A DNA stretch of 64,000 nt, taken from the sequence record PP400788; one strand, 5' to 3'. Made by a program: the position numbers and the translations under genes. Numbering within the stretch: position 1 is the first letter of the stretch; each line of letters opens with the position of its first letter. The notes beneath the pieces were generated by a model, which made no database searches, was not told the origin of the DNA, and was given only the letters and a program-made list of their open reading frames with translations. Shown in pieces: positions 20,088-30,511 of the stretch. The DNA comes from Escherichia phage FL33.

Positions 20088-20345
20088 TTATTTTAAAACT
20101 TCTGCGTAATCACATGTTACAAACTGTTTCTCTAACTTGACGATTTTACGAAAGTATCTTTTGCATTGGCGAATCTGCCGCTTCGTAGGGCGAACAGCAA
20201 ACTTAATAAATTCCACTCGACCAAATGGAGGACTTTCTTCTGCTGGAATATCTAACACCAATTCCCACGTATCTGCAATAAGTGCTTTGAATTGCGTATT
20301 TTTCCTGACGTTATACGGAGTGGGTTTAAATAAAACAATATGCAT
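20088..20345 (-). CDS. hypothetical protein, 85 aa
   Basis: ORF. Confidence 0.5.
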   Translation of the reverse strand: MHIVLFKPTPYNVRKNTQFKALIADTWELVLDIPAEESPPFGRVEFIKFAVRPTKRQIRQCKRYFRKIVKLEKQFVTCDYAEVLK

Positions 20346-20346
20346 A

Positions 20347-20529
20347 TTATCCTCGGCAATCTACTTCACATACTTTCTTGTCATCAATGAAAGCTTTAAC
20401 TAATGCTTTATTAACTTCAGCATATTGAGTAGTAGCCCATTGAACGTCATCTTTCATCATTGTGATTTCTTTAGTAAACATGCTTTCATTCTTAAACCAC
20501 CCCATAAAAACTACCTTTACCAATTCCAT
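20347..20529 (-). CDS. dmd: Dmd-like protein (antitoxin against host RnlA/LsoA), 60 aa
   Basis: 60-aa ORF immediately upstream-adjacent to gene 41, the recalled dmd position; own early promoter. Confidence 0.55.
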   Translation of the reverse strand: MELVKVVFMGWFKNESMFTKEITMMKDDVQWATTQYAEVNKALVKAFIDDKKVCEVDCRG

Positions 20530-20558
20530 AACAATCTCCTCATTTAACCAACAAGACT

Positions 20559-20588
20559 ACTATACCATAGTCTTGTCAGCTTGTAAAC
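20559..20588 (-). promoter_or_regulatory. T4-type early promoter with internal dyad
   Basis: GTTTAC 20583-20588, TGGTATAGT -10; dyad GACTACTAT/ATAGTCTTGTC. Confidence 0.55.
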
Positions 20589-22015
20589 TAAAATTTTAAT
20601 TCATTTGCCAAAGCATCTAACTGGGCTCGAGTGGATTCATTTCTTTGATAGCGATTCTGTTCAGCCTGAATCTGTTGTGAACCTGCTACTTCGTTCACTT
20701 CAGTTGGAGTAGAATCTTGTTCAATTTCTACCCATTTCTGATTTCCTTTTTGAACACCCATCAAAAACTTATTCCATTTATTCTTATCACCATATCGTGA
20801 TTTGATTTGCTTAATGAGTTGTTGTTCAGCAGCTGCCAACTCCTCGGTTTCAATGACCGCAAGCATAAAATCAGCTGTTGCTGGAAGACCAGCAGATTCT
20901 GCAATATCGCTCATGTTAACATCAGAAGAATCCCAAGCTTGTTTGCCGACCTGTGCTGCAGTCCAAAGAACAGTTTCGGTTTCAACAGCCAGAGCACGCA
21001 ATTCCTCTGCAATAGCTTTAACAGTTGTGTAACTATTTTCTGAATAAACTCTAATGCGGCAAGATTTACAAATACCCAGATAGTCTACAATAATGATTGT
21101 TGGAACAAAATTCTTCTTGAGCTTCAATTCATTCAAGAGAGACCTGAATGTGTTAGCATCTGCCCCACCAGTAGGATACTGTTTAACGATTAAACGGCCG
21201 AGAGTAGATTTCTCACGCCATTTTTCCATTTTTCCTTTATATTCAGCGTAAGAAATATGCCCATCATCAATGTCATCAAGAGAAACATCGAGCATATTAG
21301 CGTCAATACGTTTAGCACAGACTTCTTCTGCCATTTCCATGGAAATGTAAAGAACATTATGTCCGAGCTGTAAATAATCTGCTGCTAATGAACACAATCC
21401 TAATGACTTACCAACGTTAACGCCAGCCATTAAAACGTTCAGTGTTCCAGTCTCAGCTCCGCCTTTAGTAATTTTGTTTAGAATTCTGAGTTTAAATGGA
21501 ACCTTACGAGCTTTATTCATATAAGATAGCCAACGTGCTTCGTAGTCATCCATCCAATCATGACCAACGTAGCTATCAAATGAAATTGATAATGCTTGAC
21601 GCATAATGTCAGGAATAGCACCAACATCCGGCATTTTTTTATTTCGTTTTTCCGGAGGAAGCTCAGCATTAGTTTGAATTTCGATTATTTTAGACGTAGC
21701 ATTAAACATCGCCCTTTGCTGAACATATTTTTCTGTTTCTTTTACTAACCAACTGTGGTCTTCTGGAGAATCGGCTAGTTTTGAAATAAGTGTTTTTACA
21801 CCAGAATATTCTGTTTCAGTAAATGAACTATTTTCTAATGCAACATTTAACGCATTAATAGATGGAACGCTATGGTACTCATTAACATGAGATTTAATTA
21901 ATTTGAATGTATTTTTAGCTGGACCACTTTCAAAATATTCTGAATCCATATATGGCCAAACTTTTGAAAAATAAGCTTGATCAAATATGAGATGAGAAAG
22001 AATAATTTCTACCAC
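20588..22015 (-). CDS. 41: replicative DNA helicase gp41 (DnaB-like), 475 aa
   Basis: Length equals T4 gp41 as recalled; RecA-like core; position. Confidence 0.9.
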   Translation of the reverse strand: MVEIILSHLIFDQAYFSKVWPYMDSEYFESGPAKNTFKLIKSHVNEYHSVPSINALNVALENSSFTETEYSGVKTLISKLADSPEDHSWLVKETEKYVQQRAMFNATSKIIEIQTNAELPPEKRNKKMPDVGAIPDIMRQALSISFDSYVGHDWMDDYEARWLSYMNKARKVPFKLRILNKITKGGAETGTLNVLMAGVNVGKSLGLCSLAADYLQLGHNVLYISMEMAEEVCAKRIDANMLDVSLDDIDDGHISYAEYKGKMEKWREKSTLGRLIVKQYPTGGADANTFRSLLNELKLKKNFVPTIIIVDYLGICKSCRIRVYSENSYTTVKAIAEELRALAVETETVLWTAAQVGKQAWDSSDVNMSDIAESAGLPATADFMLAVIETEELAAAEQQLIKQIKSRYGDKNKWNKFLMGVQKGNQKWVEIEQDSTPTEVNEVAGSQQIQAEQNRYQRNESTRAQLDALANELKF

Positions 22016-22024
22016 ACTTACTCC

Positions 22025-22381
22025 TTAAAAGAATTTAAATTTTTTCTTTGACCTTTTATTAAATGCATCTTGTAGTTGCATTGTAATACATTTTTCTACA
22101 TGAGGAGCTAACTCAGCTTTTCTTTCTTGGTCAAGAACAGCAAAGTCCATTACGACTTTTCCATCAACCCAATCTAATTTTGTCACATACACAATGTGTG
22201 TAGAACCATCTTCTAGTTTAATGATAATCTCCTGGATAACATTTTCCATGGCAGATTTAATTATCTTAAGAGATTCATTAAAAAGACGTTCTTTTCTTTC
22301 TTCTTCCCCCTCCGAAGAGGGGGATTCGTCGATAATTTCTAAATCTAAATCATCTTTATTCATTAAATTCTTCCATATCAC
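22025..22381 (-). CDS. 40: gp40-like protein, 118 aa
   Basis: Position between 41 and uvsX; acidic N-terminus. Confidence 0.5.
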   Translation of the reverse strand: MIWKNLMNKDDLDLEIIDESPSSEGEEERKERLFNESLKIIKSAMENVIQEIIIKLEDGSTHIVYVTKLDWVDGKVVMDFAVLDQERKAELAPHVEKCITMQLQDAFNKRSKKKFKFF

Positions 22382-23537
22382 TTAACTGATCTAGGTCAGT
22401 TTCTAAATCAGCTGCTGATTTACTTTTACTTTCTGGAGATTTAAATTTTTCAACCTTTGAGTTAATTAATTCATCAACTTCGGCTTCAACAATTTCATTA
22501 CTATCAATAGCACCTAATTGATAAGCACGTTTAATAGCATCTCGGAATGGTTGATGCTTAAATAAAGGACCCCAGAATGTAGTGCAGTTGGTATCTTTTG
22601 CACGCCAAGATTTTTCTTCGCGAATCATCTCGCCTGTTTCTTCGTCAAGAAATTCACGAGCATACCAGCCATTTTTAGGTTTTACTACAAATCCTAATTC
22701 AAGAGCCATATCTAACAATCCAGAATAAGGATCGATACCACCGTCAAATTTAACATCAATAAAGAATTTACTTTTTTCTTTAACGGTACGAGATTTTTCT
22801 ACATTTAGAACAAATTGATACCCCTGAAGATCAGAACCATCTTTAATCTGGCGCTTACCGATAATGAATACAGTATCAGCCGAATACATTACGCCTGTAC
22901 CACCTGTCATCACGGTTTTACTAAACATTTCAATTGTTTCAATTGTATGGTTAACCGCAACGCATGGAATATTTTTAATACTAAAATAAGGAGTAACAAT
23001 ACGGAATAATGACTTCAGCGATTTAGCACGAGTCATATCTGCCACAGATTTTTCATTCAAGGCATCTTCCGTTTCTTTCTTAGAAGCCATATTACCGATT
23101 GAGTCGATGAATACAATAACCTTTTCACCACGCTCAATAGCTTCAAGCTGATTCACCATATCAATTTTCAGTTGTTCAACTGACTGAATTGGTGTATGAA
23201 TTACTCGTTCCGGGTCAACTCCCATGGATCGCAAATAAGCTGGAGTGATACCAAATTCGCTATCATAAAATAGACAAACTGCATCAGGATATTTGTTCAA
23301 ATACGCCGCAACCATAGTCAAAGACATATTTGATTTAAAGTGTTTAGAAGGACCTGCAAAAATGGTTAAACCAGACTGCATACCACCATCAATCGCACCG
23401 GAAATAGCAATATTAAGCATTGGGATTTTTGTACGGATTACATCCTTTTCATTAAAGAATTTAGATGTAGTCAGTTCAGCAGTCATTTTAGAAGTGGAAG
23501 CTTTAATCAAACGGGATTTTAAATCTGCAATAGACAT
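22356..23537 (-). CDS. uvsX: UvsX recombinase (RecA-like), 393 aa
   Basis: Near-identical to recalled T4 UvsX over most of its length. Confidence 0.95.
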   Translation of the reverse strand: MSIADLKSRLIKASTSKMTAELTTSKFFNEKDVIRTKIPMLNIAISGAIDGGMQSGLTIFAGPSKHFKSNMSLTMVAAYLNKYPDAVCLFYDSEFGITPAYLRSMGVDPERVIHTPIQSVEQLKIDMVNQLEAIERGEKVIVFIDSIGNMASKKETEDALNEKSVADMTRAKSLKSLFRIVTPYFSIKNIPCVAVNHTIETIEMFSKTVMTGGTGVMYSADTVFIIGKRQIKDGSDLQGYQFVLNVEKSRTVKEKSKFFIDVKFDGGIDPYSGLLDMALELGFVVKPKNGWYAREFLDEETGEMIREEKSWRAKDTNCTTFWGPLFKHQPFRDAIKRAYQLGAIDSNEIVEAEVDELINSKVEKFKSPESKSKSAADLETDLDQLSDMEEFNE

Positions 23538-23614
23538 TCATTTTTTCCATAGGCATCATTATATTTTCCTCACCGGTTAAAGATAGAGTAATTATAACAC
23601 AATAAATTTAGGCA

Positions 23615-24457
23615 TTAATCAACTACTATTGGATGAATAGCATTAAACTTATGAAACGCTTCTGATTTTTCTTTGCGCGAAACACACATGCGAAGAACCT
23701 TTAATGGCTCATCTTCTTCACCCAACGATTTTCTCTTTTCAATATTCGATGTTTTCCAACGAGCTTGCTCTGGAAATTCTCTATTGATTTGCTCAAGCGC
23801 TCTATTATGTTTAGAATTGCTACGAATTGAACTACATCCACCGGGGGCTTGTGCTTTTCCGGATACAACCAGATATTTGAACAAGGCCAAATGCGGATAA
23901 CCTTGATTAATTAAATTGAGAAATGCATACATATCTTCGCATAAATCAATTTTTCCATACCCAATTTGTTCTGTTGTAAGTTTTCCAAGGTCATACCATG
24001 TATTCGTGAATCCATATGAATTTTCACGATAATTACCCCAAGATGAAGTAATTTTAAAAATAGGTAGACGAGCATGGCCATGATAATACCCGCAATCCAT
24101 GGCATCTTCAACGTATTGAATCAATTCATAGAACTGTTCACGAGTTAATTGATTAATTTTATCTACGCAGCGACGATCATCTTTCTTTCGCATTGAACTC
24201 ATACGAATAGTAGTATCATCATCGATCATCCAAATTCGTTGACCTGCATACATATCAGTAATTGCTTTACGAGTACCGGCAATTCCATTAACATCATCAG
24301 GAATAGCTATAATTTTAGCTCTAGACCCATAAGCATCATAATAAGCTTTTTCTTCGTGTTCACGCACTACAATATGGGGTTCATAATCAGTCGGAAACAT
24401 ATTAAGGGCAGAAACTGCCCCGACACGCTGATAACTTGGAATTACGAATTGAATCAT
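23615..24457 (-). CDS. GT-A-fold glycosyltransferase, 280 aa; probable beta-glucosyl-HMC-alpha-glucosyltransferase (T2/T6 type)
   Basis: IPSYQR N-terminus and DDD motif; sits at the T4 beta-gt locus but is not T4 beta-gt. Confidence 0.5.
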   Translation of the reverse strand: MIQFVIPSYQRVGAVSALNMFPTDYEPHIVVREHEEKAYYDAYGSRAKIIAIPDDVNGIAGTRKAITDMYAGQRIWMIDDDTTIRMSSMRKKDDRRCVDKINQLTREQFYELIQYVEDAMDCGYYHGHARLPIFKITSSWGNYRENSYGFTNTWYDLGKLTTEQIGYGKIDLCEDMYAFLNLINQGYPHLALFKYLVVSGKAQAPGGCSSIRSNSKHNRALEQINREFPEQARWKTSNIEKRKSLGEEDEPLKVLRMCVSRKEKSEAFHKFNAIHPIVVD

Positions 24458-25095
24458 TTAAGTGCCTTACATTTGTCAAAATGGTATCTTGTCATATTTG
24501 GCCCACGTCCTTTTAGTCCGCAATGCGGACATATTTTTTCTATCAAATTATGAGGTTTTCCTTTACGATTTTTAGACATCGTTTCTTTAATTATTTTAGC
24601 TTTTTCTGCGCCAAAAATTTCTTCATAAGTTTTACCAGAATTTTCCTTTGCTCGATTTATAATTCCATATGCCTGCTCATTTTTACCATACATTGGATTA
24701 CCTTCGCCTTTCATTCTTTTAGAATGGTCAGGACGCTTAATTCCACGAAAGGCATTTCCACATTTATATCTTTCTTCTGGAGATAGTTTCTTACCGTACA
24801 TTCCATTTAATTTGCCCGGAAAACTTCCTCCCCATGCTTCATTCTTTAAATTATATGAATCTGGACAATTAGCAGCATCTAAACAAGTTAAAATAATTTC
24901 TTCAACCTGTCTAAACATTGGTCCTTCATATAATATTTCTTTATTAAAGGATTTTATTCCATATTTCTTTTTAGCATGTTGCCAAACTACACCCGAACCA
25001 TCATAATTCAGGTTGTGACCATCATGACTTCCTATATACCACTTTTTAGTTTTAGGATGTTTATACTTATAAACATGTGGCGCATTTACTTCCAT
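24454..25095 (-). mobile_element. Seg-like GIY-YIG homing endonuclease gene, 213 aa
   Basis: VYKYKHPKTKKWYIGSH GIY-YIG motif plus NUMOD-like repeats; both ends overlap flanking genes. Confidence 0.7.
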
Positions 25096-25826
25096 TTTCC
25101 AGTATAATCCTTTTTAGCAATATGGGTTTCACCGGTGTTCCACCAATGGTCAACCAAATAAAACTGATTTTCGTACACATGAAGACTTCCAACATTCCAT
25201 ATAATAGAACCTGCTTTATACTGTCGTGATGGGTCGCCTGCATTCAAATCAGATACTAATTTATCTAGTACGTATTTTTGCCACGCATAATCATTACGAT
25301 AGCCTGCCCAGCAGTCATTGCTTCTCATATTAACAACTGCATTGACTTTCTTATCACGAATTAAGTATTGTACTGTATTAGTACACATGAAATCTGACAT
25401 ACCATCTTTATTGTAGTCAAATTGCATGGATGGACGAGTATAAATCATGATACCACGTCGAGAATCAGGATTTTGACCAAGTTCAGCTAAACACATATCA
25501 TACTGGGCATAGTTATCTTCTGACCAGATAGCCCAACCATAATTCGAGTTAATTTCGCCTTTAGAAGATGCTACTTGCTGCCAAATCTTCGGTGTTTCAC
25601 CCGGAATATCTTTAACGAACAAGCTTTTAGATTTATACCATTCAAGTTCACGCTGAATGTATTCATCATTAAGAGCGCCAAAAATAAACGGTTCATCTGC
25701 TACAAATGATGCGCCAATAATTTCAATAGTTTTAACACCAGTTTTATCAACTACGAAATCTTTTTCTTTTAATGCAAGCCCCAAATGAAGACGGATTTCT
25801 TCAACTGTCATAGAGTCACTAATCAT
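25086..25826 (-). CDS. 42: dCMP hydroxymethylase gp42, 246 aa
   Basis: Thymidylate-synthase-like fold; length equals T4 gp42 as recalled. Confidence 0.9.
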   Translation of the reverse strand: MISDSMTVEEIRLHLGLALKEKDFVVDKTGVKTIEIIGASFVADEPFIFGALNDEYIQRELEWYKSKSLFVKDIPGETPKIWQQVASSKGEINSNYGWAIWSEDNYAQYDMCLAELGQNPDSRRGIMIYTRPSMQFDYNKDGMSDFMCTNTVQYLIRDKKVNAVVNMRSNDCWAGYRNDYAWQKYVLDKLVSDLNAGDPSRQYKAGSIIWNVGSLHVYENQFYLVDHWWNTGETHIAKKDYTGKWK

Positions 25827-25833
25827 TTAAACC

Positions 25834-25983
25834 TCAATTGATACATTCATATTTAACTTGTAACAGTAATAAACCCCAACCTAAAATAATAGTTGGAATC
25901 ATAAGAGGAACCGTTACACTATAGTATATACTTATTATAATCATCAAGATTAAAAGCAACACTGCTATAATTTTGCTTTTCAT
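25834..25983 (-). CDS. small hydrophobic membrane peptide, 49 aa
   Basis: Hand translation; ATGA start/stop overlap with imm; not in ORF track. Confidence 0.3.
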   Translation of the reverse strand: MKSKIIAVLLLILMIIISIYYSVTVPLMIPTIILGWGLLLLQVKYECIN

Positions 25984-26231
25984 TCCTTCTCTCTGATGAT
26001 AATTACCTGATTTGGTTGTGCAGACTTTTTGGTTTCACCCGCAATTGACCAAATAAATGTAATAAACCAACCAATAATTGACCAGTTAAACAGTAAAGAT
26101 GTGAAAAAGATTCCTACTGTCGATTTTGACCCACGCATCAAGGCGATGAACCATGGAAGCATGTATATAATAATAGCCAACACACCTGAAACTAAAACCA
26201 TAAAAATTGAACCTGCTACTAAAGTTTCCAT
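25980..26231 (-). CDS. imm: superinfection immunity protein Imm, 83 aa
   Basis: Two TM segments; length equals T4 Imm as recalled; position between 43 and 42. Confidence 0.8.
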   Translation of the reverse strand: METLVAGSIFMVLVSGVLAIIIYMLPWFIALMRGSKSTVGIFFTSLLFNWSIIGWFITFIWSIAGETKKSAQPNQVIIIREKE

Positions 26232-26238
26232 CTTTTCC

Positions 26239-26631
26239 TCACTTAGTCAAATTTTTTACGCATGAATTATAAGAATTCACTACATACTCCATCGGAGCAT
26301 TTTTACCAGTACGCCATTGGTAATTATTAGCCCAATTAGCCCAAATTTCGGCGCAGTAGTTTTCAATTTTTTCTTCGCGTGTAATTACATCTGAATTACG
26401 ATATGCTTGGGCAGATTCATCTGGACGAATAGCCTCATCAAAATTCGCCTGCATTTGTTCTACTGTCTGTTTTGGAGCTTCTTTATAACACTTGACATTA
26501 GGATTATAAAACTTGCTTGAACAGTTTACAATTTTTCCTACATCAGACTGATTTACTACCGGTCCTTGAGCTACACAACCAGTAAGACCTAATGCAATAA
26601 CCAAAATAGCGATTTTCATTTCATTCTCCAA
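26239..26631 (-). CDS. putative lipoprotein, 130 aa
   Basis: Signal peptide with lipobox LTGC. Confidence 0.55.
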   Translation of the reverse strand: MENEMKIAILVIALGLTGCVAQGPVVNQSDVGKIVNCSSKFYNPNVKCYKEAPKQTVEQMQANFDEAIRPDESAQAYRNSDVITREEKIENYCAEIWANWANNYQWRTGKNAPMEYVVNSYNSCVKNLTK

Positions 26632-26653
26632 ATCCGTATCAGTTGATAGTTGT

Positions 26654-26683
26654 ATAGTACCATGGAAGAACAGTCTTGTAAAC
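26654..26683 (-). promoter_or_regulatory. T4-type early promoter
   Basis: GTTTAC 26678-26683, TGGTACTAT -10. Confidence 0.55.
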
Positions 26684-26770
26684 AGTTTTGTGAAAAATTT
26701 TTCAATGAATTCAAAGGGTCCAGAATTATCTGTTTTTCATAAGTATAGATTTATATTACTTGTATGAAAA

Positions 26771-26788
26771 AGGGACCCGGAGGTCCCT
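26771..26788 (-). terminator. intrinsic terminator downstream of gene 43
   Basis: AGGGACC-UCCG-GGUCCCU hairpin then UUUUU in minus sense. Confidence 0.6.
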
Positions 26789-26800
26789 AGATTTATTCTA

Positions 26801-29497
26801 TCAGCCAAACAGGAAGTCTAACGAAGCTTTTTCTTCATAGTCCATACCAGCCGATTCACACATACCCGCAAGCGGTTTAACAAACGATTTTTGGAACAAA
26901 GTTGAGTAGTCAATCCAAGACAGTACGTCAGAACGAATTTCTTTTGGAAGTTCCGTACCCGATGGCCAAGCAATACACTTGTCACCAAATGGATTTCCCT
27001 CACGTAATGGAAGAACCATTACTTTATTTCCATCCAAAATTGGAGCTACACCTAAACCGCTAACAGCTCGACGATAAGTTAGCACCCCACGAATGTGGAA
27101 CGGGCATTTAAATCCTGGCCAACCTTTATCGTCATATTTCGCTATATCGTTTGCGGTTTTTACTTCAGCAATAACTTTATAGTCAAGTTGACGATATTCT
27201 TTCTCAAAGTTCTTATAGTATTCTTGGACAGACTCTTCACCTTCCTGAAGAATGCGACGAATACTTTCTTCGAGAGCTTCTTGTACTGCTTTTGGTGTTG
27301 AACTCTGCTGAGTTTCCATACCCATGATTTTTAGATGTGGTTCAGCAAATCGCTTATCTTCCATATCATAAACGTTTAGAGCATAACGTTTTTTCGCTTT
27401 CCAAAATCCACCAACACCCTTTGAACCAAGCGGAGGACAAGAAATAGCTTCACGGTCCATATGCATCAGATGCTCGCGGTTATTCATATAATCACATAAC
27501 TCACGATATGCAACATCAATCATAGGTTCCATCTTTTTCTTACCGAACTGATTCATGAATTCAACTAAATCATTTTGTTCTTTAAAGCGGTCAAGACCTA
27601 CTTTTTCAATTACTTTATCTACACAAACATATACCGAATCAGTATCACCTGCTGCGATGAAATCTTCACCATCAGTTCCACATACTTTATTCAGATATTC
27701 ATTAATTTTACGAGCAATCCACTGAATACCAACTTGACCAAAAATTGTGATAGCAGTAGCATTTCGCAAATCATAATAGCGGAAATGAATATTGCCAAGA
27801 GCACCATAAAGACTGTTAATAAGAATTTTACGGTTCAGCTGATTTGTGTTAGCAAGTGTAGCTGCTTTTTCACATTCTTCGATCAGACTATTAAGAACAG
27901 ATTCGGTGTAATTCGATAATTCATTTAAGAAATCATCATTGAACTTAACATATCGTTCAACTTCTGGTTTAGTTGAACAAGACCCTGCACCTTTCATAAT
28001 AATCTTTTTAATAGCTTCGGCATTCATTTCTTCAGCGAACATTTTCTTTTTCCAATCTTTACGCTGGAAAAATACTTTAGCGATTTCCTTTGGAATGATA
28101 CCTTCTTGATGCTTATCATACATCCATCCATTCGGAGAACATGAATACTCATCACTTGGCTTAGGAGCTGTTCCTGCGATATATTCATGAATTGGATGAA
28201 CTTTGAACTGTCCGCGAATAGTCTCAGGACTAATGTTAACCTGACGAATAATACTTGGATACAGAGACGTCAAGTCAAAACTCATAATGTATCGACGGGC
28301 AATCGCTTTAGGTTCAAACACAAATGCACCTGGAAAACTTTGTTTAACGTGCGAACCTTGTTGAGGAATAACCTTATGTTCACCTTTCAATGAGTTAAAA
28401 ATAATAGCATCCCAAGTTTTAATAGGACTCATTACACCAGAAAAAGGCATTTTAGCATAATAAGACATACTTAAAACTAGATCGATAAACCCACGAATTT
28501 TATCAATTGCTTGAACTGATTCTACGTCAATAATATTATAACTAATGTATCGTTGATGATTAGTCTCACGAAGTTTATTAATAGGACCATCATATGGTAA
28601 TTTACCTTTTTTGGTTTCATGTTGAGCAACTGATTCCAAAGAGAATGATGGCAAATTAGTAAATGCGAATTTCTTGTACAAATCTAAATAATCAAGAATA
28701 GATACGCCATCAATAGAATAAATTTCTTTGCTACCGTACATATTTTGAATTAGTTTAGATTTTACTCGACCGATTGGAGAGAAGCGTTTCATACTACGTT
28801 CACCGAGAACCATTTTAACACGATTCATGATATACGGAACGTCAAATCCCTCAATATTCCAACCGGTAAAAATAGCAGGTCGTTTCTGTTCCCAGAGATT
28901 AATATATTCCATGAGCATATCACGCTCATTATCAAATGGCATATAAATTACTCGGTCAAGAATTTCTTGAGGAACTTCATCACCACCTTCACAGTCAAGC
29001 TTAGCAGCTAACTTTGCATCCCATTTTGATACTGAACCGTACATTGAATTCAACAAATCAAAGACGTAAAAACGGTCGTCAATTGAATCATAATGAGTGA
29101 TAGCATCAATTTCATATTCTGCTTTCATTGGGTCAGGAAATTTATCGCCAGTAACCTCAATGTCACAGTTAGCTACACGAACAAATTTTCGGTCATAAAC
29201 AATTTCTGAACCATATGTATCACTGATATAAGCGAGTTTAAAATCGTTCATACCGAGAGCTTCGAGACCGATGTCTTCCATTCGTTTCATCCAATCTCGG
29301 GCATCTTTCATTGATGGAAATTTTTGAGGAGCGCAGTTTTTACCGTAAATGTCTTTGTATTTTGATTCTTCCTTACAATGTCTAAACATAGTCGGAAGAT
29401 ATTCTACTTCACGAGTACGTTCCTTTCCATTTTCATCAATATAACGTTCAACAATATTATTTCCGACTGTTTCGATAGAGATATAAAATTCTTTCAT
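26801..29497 (-). CDS. 43: DNA polymerase gp43 (family B), 898 aa
   Basis: Exo and pol motifs (DIE, YGDTDS); length equals T4 gp43 as recalled. Confidence 0.95.
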   Translation of the reverse strand: MKEFYISIETVGNNIVERYIDENGKERTREVEYLPTMFRHCKEESKYKDIYGKNCAPQKFPSMKDARDWMKRMEDIGLEALGMNDFKLAYISDTYGSEIVYDRKFVRVANCDIEVTGDKFPDPMKAEYEIDAITHYDSIDDRFYVFDLLNSMYGSVSKWDAKLAAKLDCEGGDEVPQEILDRVIYMPFDNERDMLMEYINLWEQKRPAIFTGWNIEGFDVPYIMNRVKMVLGERSMKRFSPIGRVKSKLIQNMYGSKEIYSIDGVSILDYLDLYKKFAFTNLPSFSLESVAQHETKKGKLPYDGPINKLRETNHQRYISYNIIDVESVQAIDKIRGFIDLVLSMSYYAKMPFSGVMSPIKTWDAIIFNSLKGEHKVIPQQGSHVKQSFPGAFVFEPKAIARRYIMSFDLTSLYPSIIRQVNISPETIRGQFKVHPIHEYIAGTAPKPSDEYSCSPNGWMYDKHQEGIIPKEIAKVFFQRKDWKKKMFAEEMNAEAIKKIIMKGAGSCSTKPEVERYVKFNDDFLNELSNYTESVLNSLIEECEKAATLANTNQLNRKILINSLYGALGNIHFRYYDLRNATAITIFGQVGIQWIARKINEYLNKVCGTDGEDFIAAGDTDSVYVCVDKVIEKVGLDRFKEQNDLVEFMNQFGKKKMEPMIDVAYRELCDYMNNREHLMHMDREAISCPPLGSKGVGGFWKAKKRYALNVYDMEDKRFAEPHLKIMGMETQQSSTPKAVQEALEESIRRILQEGEESVQEYYKNFEKEYRQLDYKVIAEVKTANDIAKYDDKGWPGFKCPFHIRGVLTYRRAVSGLGVAPILDGNKVMVLPLREGNPFGDKCIAWPSGTELPKEIRSDVLSWIDYSTLFQKSFVKPLAGMCESAGMDYEEKASLDFLFG

Positions 29498-29555
29498 AGA
29501 TATTCCTTAGTTTATAGCCCGAGTTATTAGGCTCTTGATATATTATACTCCAAAT

Positions 29556-29574
29556 AAGGGGCCGAAGCCCCCTT
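29556..29574 (-). other. intercistronic UUCG-loop hairpin between regA and gene 43
   Basis: AAGGGGC-UUCG-GCCCC stem. Confidence 0.45.
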
Positions 29575-29576
29575 GC

Positions 29577-29945
29577 TTAATTACCAATCGTATATTTAGG
29601 AACGAGTTTCCATTCATGTTTTTGCTTAAAAGAAATAACTCGGAAGTTATTAGTTAAATCTTTCATAAAAGTTCTTTGACCAGGAACGATTTCAATCAGT
29701 CCCCAATCTTCTAACAGCCATGCAATCGAATCACGACGAACTTCATCTTCTTCTGTCATTTCAACCTGGCGACCATCCATACGAAGCATTTCTTTAAAAT
29801 GAACGATATAGTATAGTCCTTTTTTCTGGAGAATATGACAGGATTGATACAGAACTTTATCTTTATTATTAGCAATTCCCATACGAGTCAGAGTTTCTTT
29901 AACTTTCAGAAAATCTTCAGGTTTTTTAAGAGTAATTTCAATCAT
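29577..29945 (-). CDS. regA: translational repressor RegA, 122 aa
   Basis: Length equals T4 RegA as recalled; position. Confidence 0.9.
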   Translation of the reverse strand: MIEITLKKPEDFLKVKETLTRMGIANNKDKVLYQSCHILQKKGLYYIVHFKEMLRMDGRQVEMTEEDEVRRDSIAWLLEDWGLIEIVPGQRTFMKDLTNNFRVISFKQKHEWKLVPKYTIGN

Positions 29946-29946
29946 T

Positions 29947-30510
29947 TTACCATTCCAATGCTAGTTTTTTGAGTTGTTTCTGTTCTTTTACGTTCTTAGT
30001 CACTTCTTTCAAAAAATCATCCGTGACTAAACCTTTTAGTTCCTTTAATACTAAAGGAAGTTTTCCATTTTTAGTAAGAATTGATTTATAGTTAATTGCA
30101 TCATTTGTATTAACTTGATACCGCTTAGCAAGTAACTTAATAATCAATACTTCAGTAGAATCTTCGACCAGTTTTGCCCATTTACCATATCTTTTACCAC
30201 GAGGAACAGCAGCCATCAGATAATTAAAATGGGCTTCATCGCTTAAACCTGATCCAATTAAATTCATAGCATATACAGCTGGCATGCACTCCGGAAATTG
30301 TGATAATGCATTCTCAACCATGTATTTTGAATAATCTTTTTGAGCAATAGAGCATTTAGTTTTATTATTGATAGCCCCAATTATTTCAAAAAATTCATTT
30401 TCAGCTTTTTCTTTAAAAGAATCAGCAGCAGATTGGACAGCTGTCCAATCTTTTGAATACCAAGCAACTTGATGCTCGTTTAATTGAATATCATCTTCAA
30501 ATAAGCTCAT
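29947..30510 (-). CDS. 62: clamp loader subunit gp62, 187 aa
   Basis: Length equals T4 gp62 as recalled; position. Confidence 0.9.
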   Translation of the reverse strand: MSLFEDDIQLNEHQVAWYSKDWTAVQSAADSFKEKAENEFFEIIGAINNKTKCSIAQKDYSKYMVENALSQFPECMPAVYAMNLIGSGLSDEAHFNYLMAAVPRGKRYGKWAKLVEDSTEVLIIKLLAKRYQVNTNDAINYKSILTKNGKLPLVLKELKGLVTDDFLKEVTKNVKEQKQLKKLALEW

Positions 30511-30511
30511 A

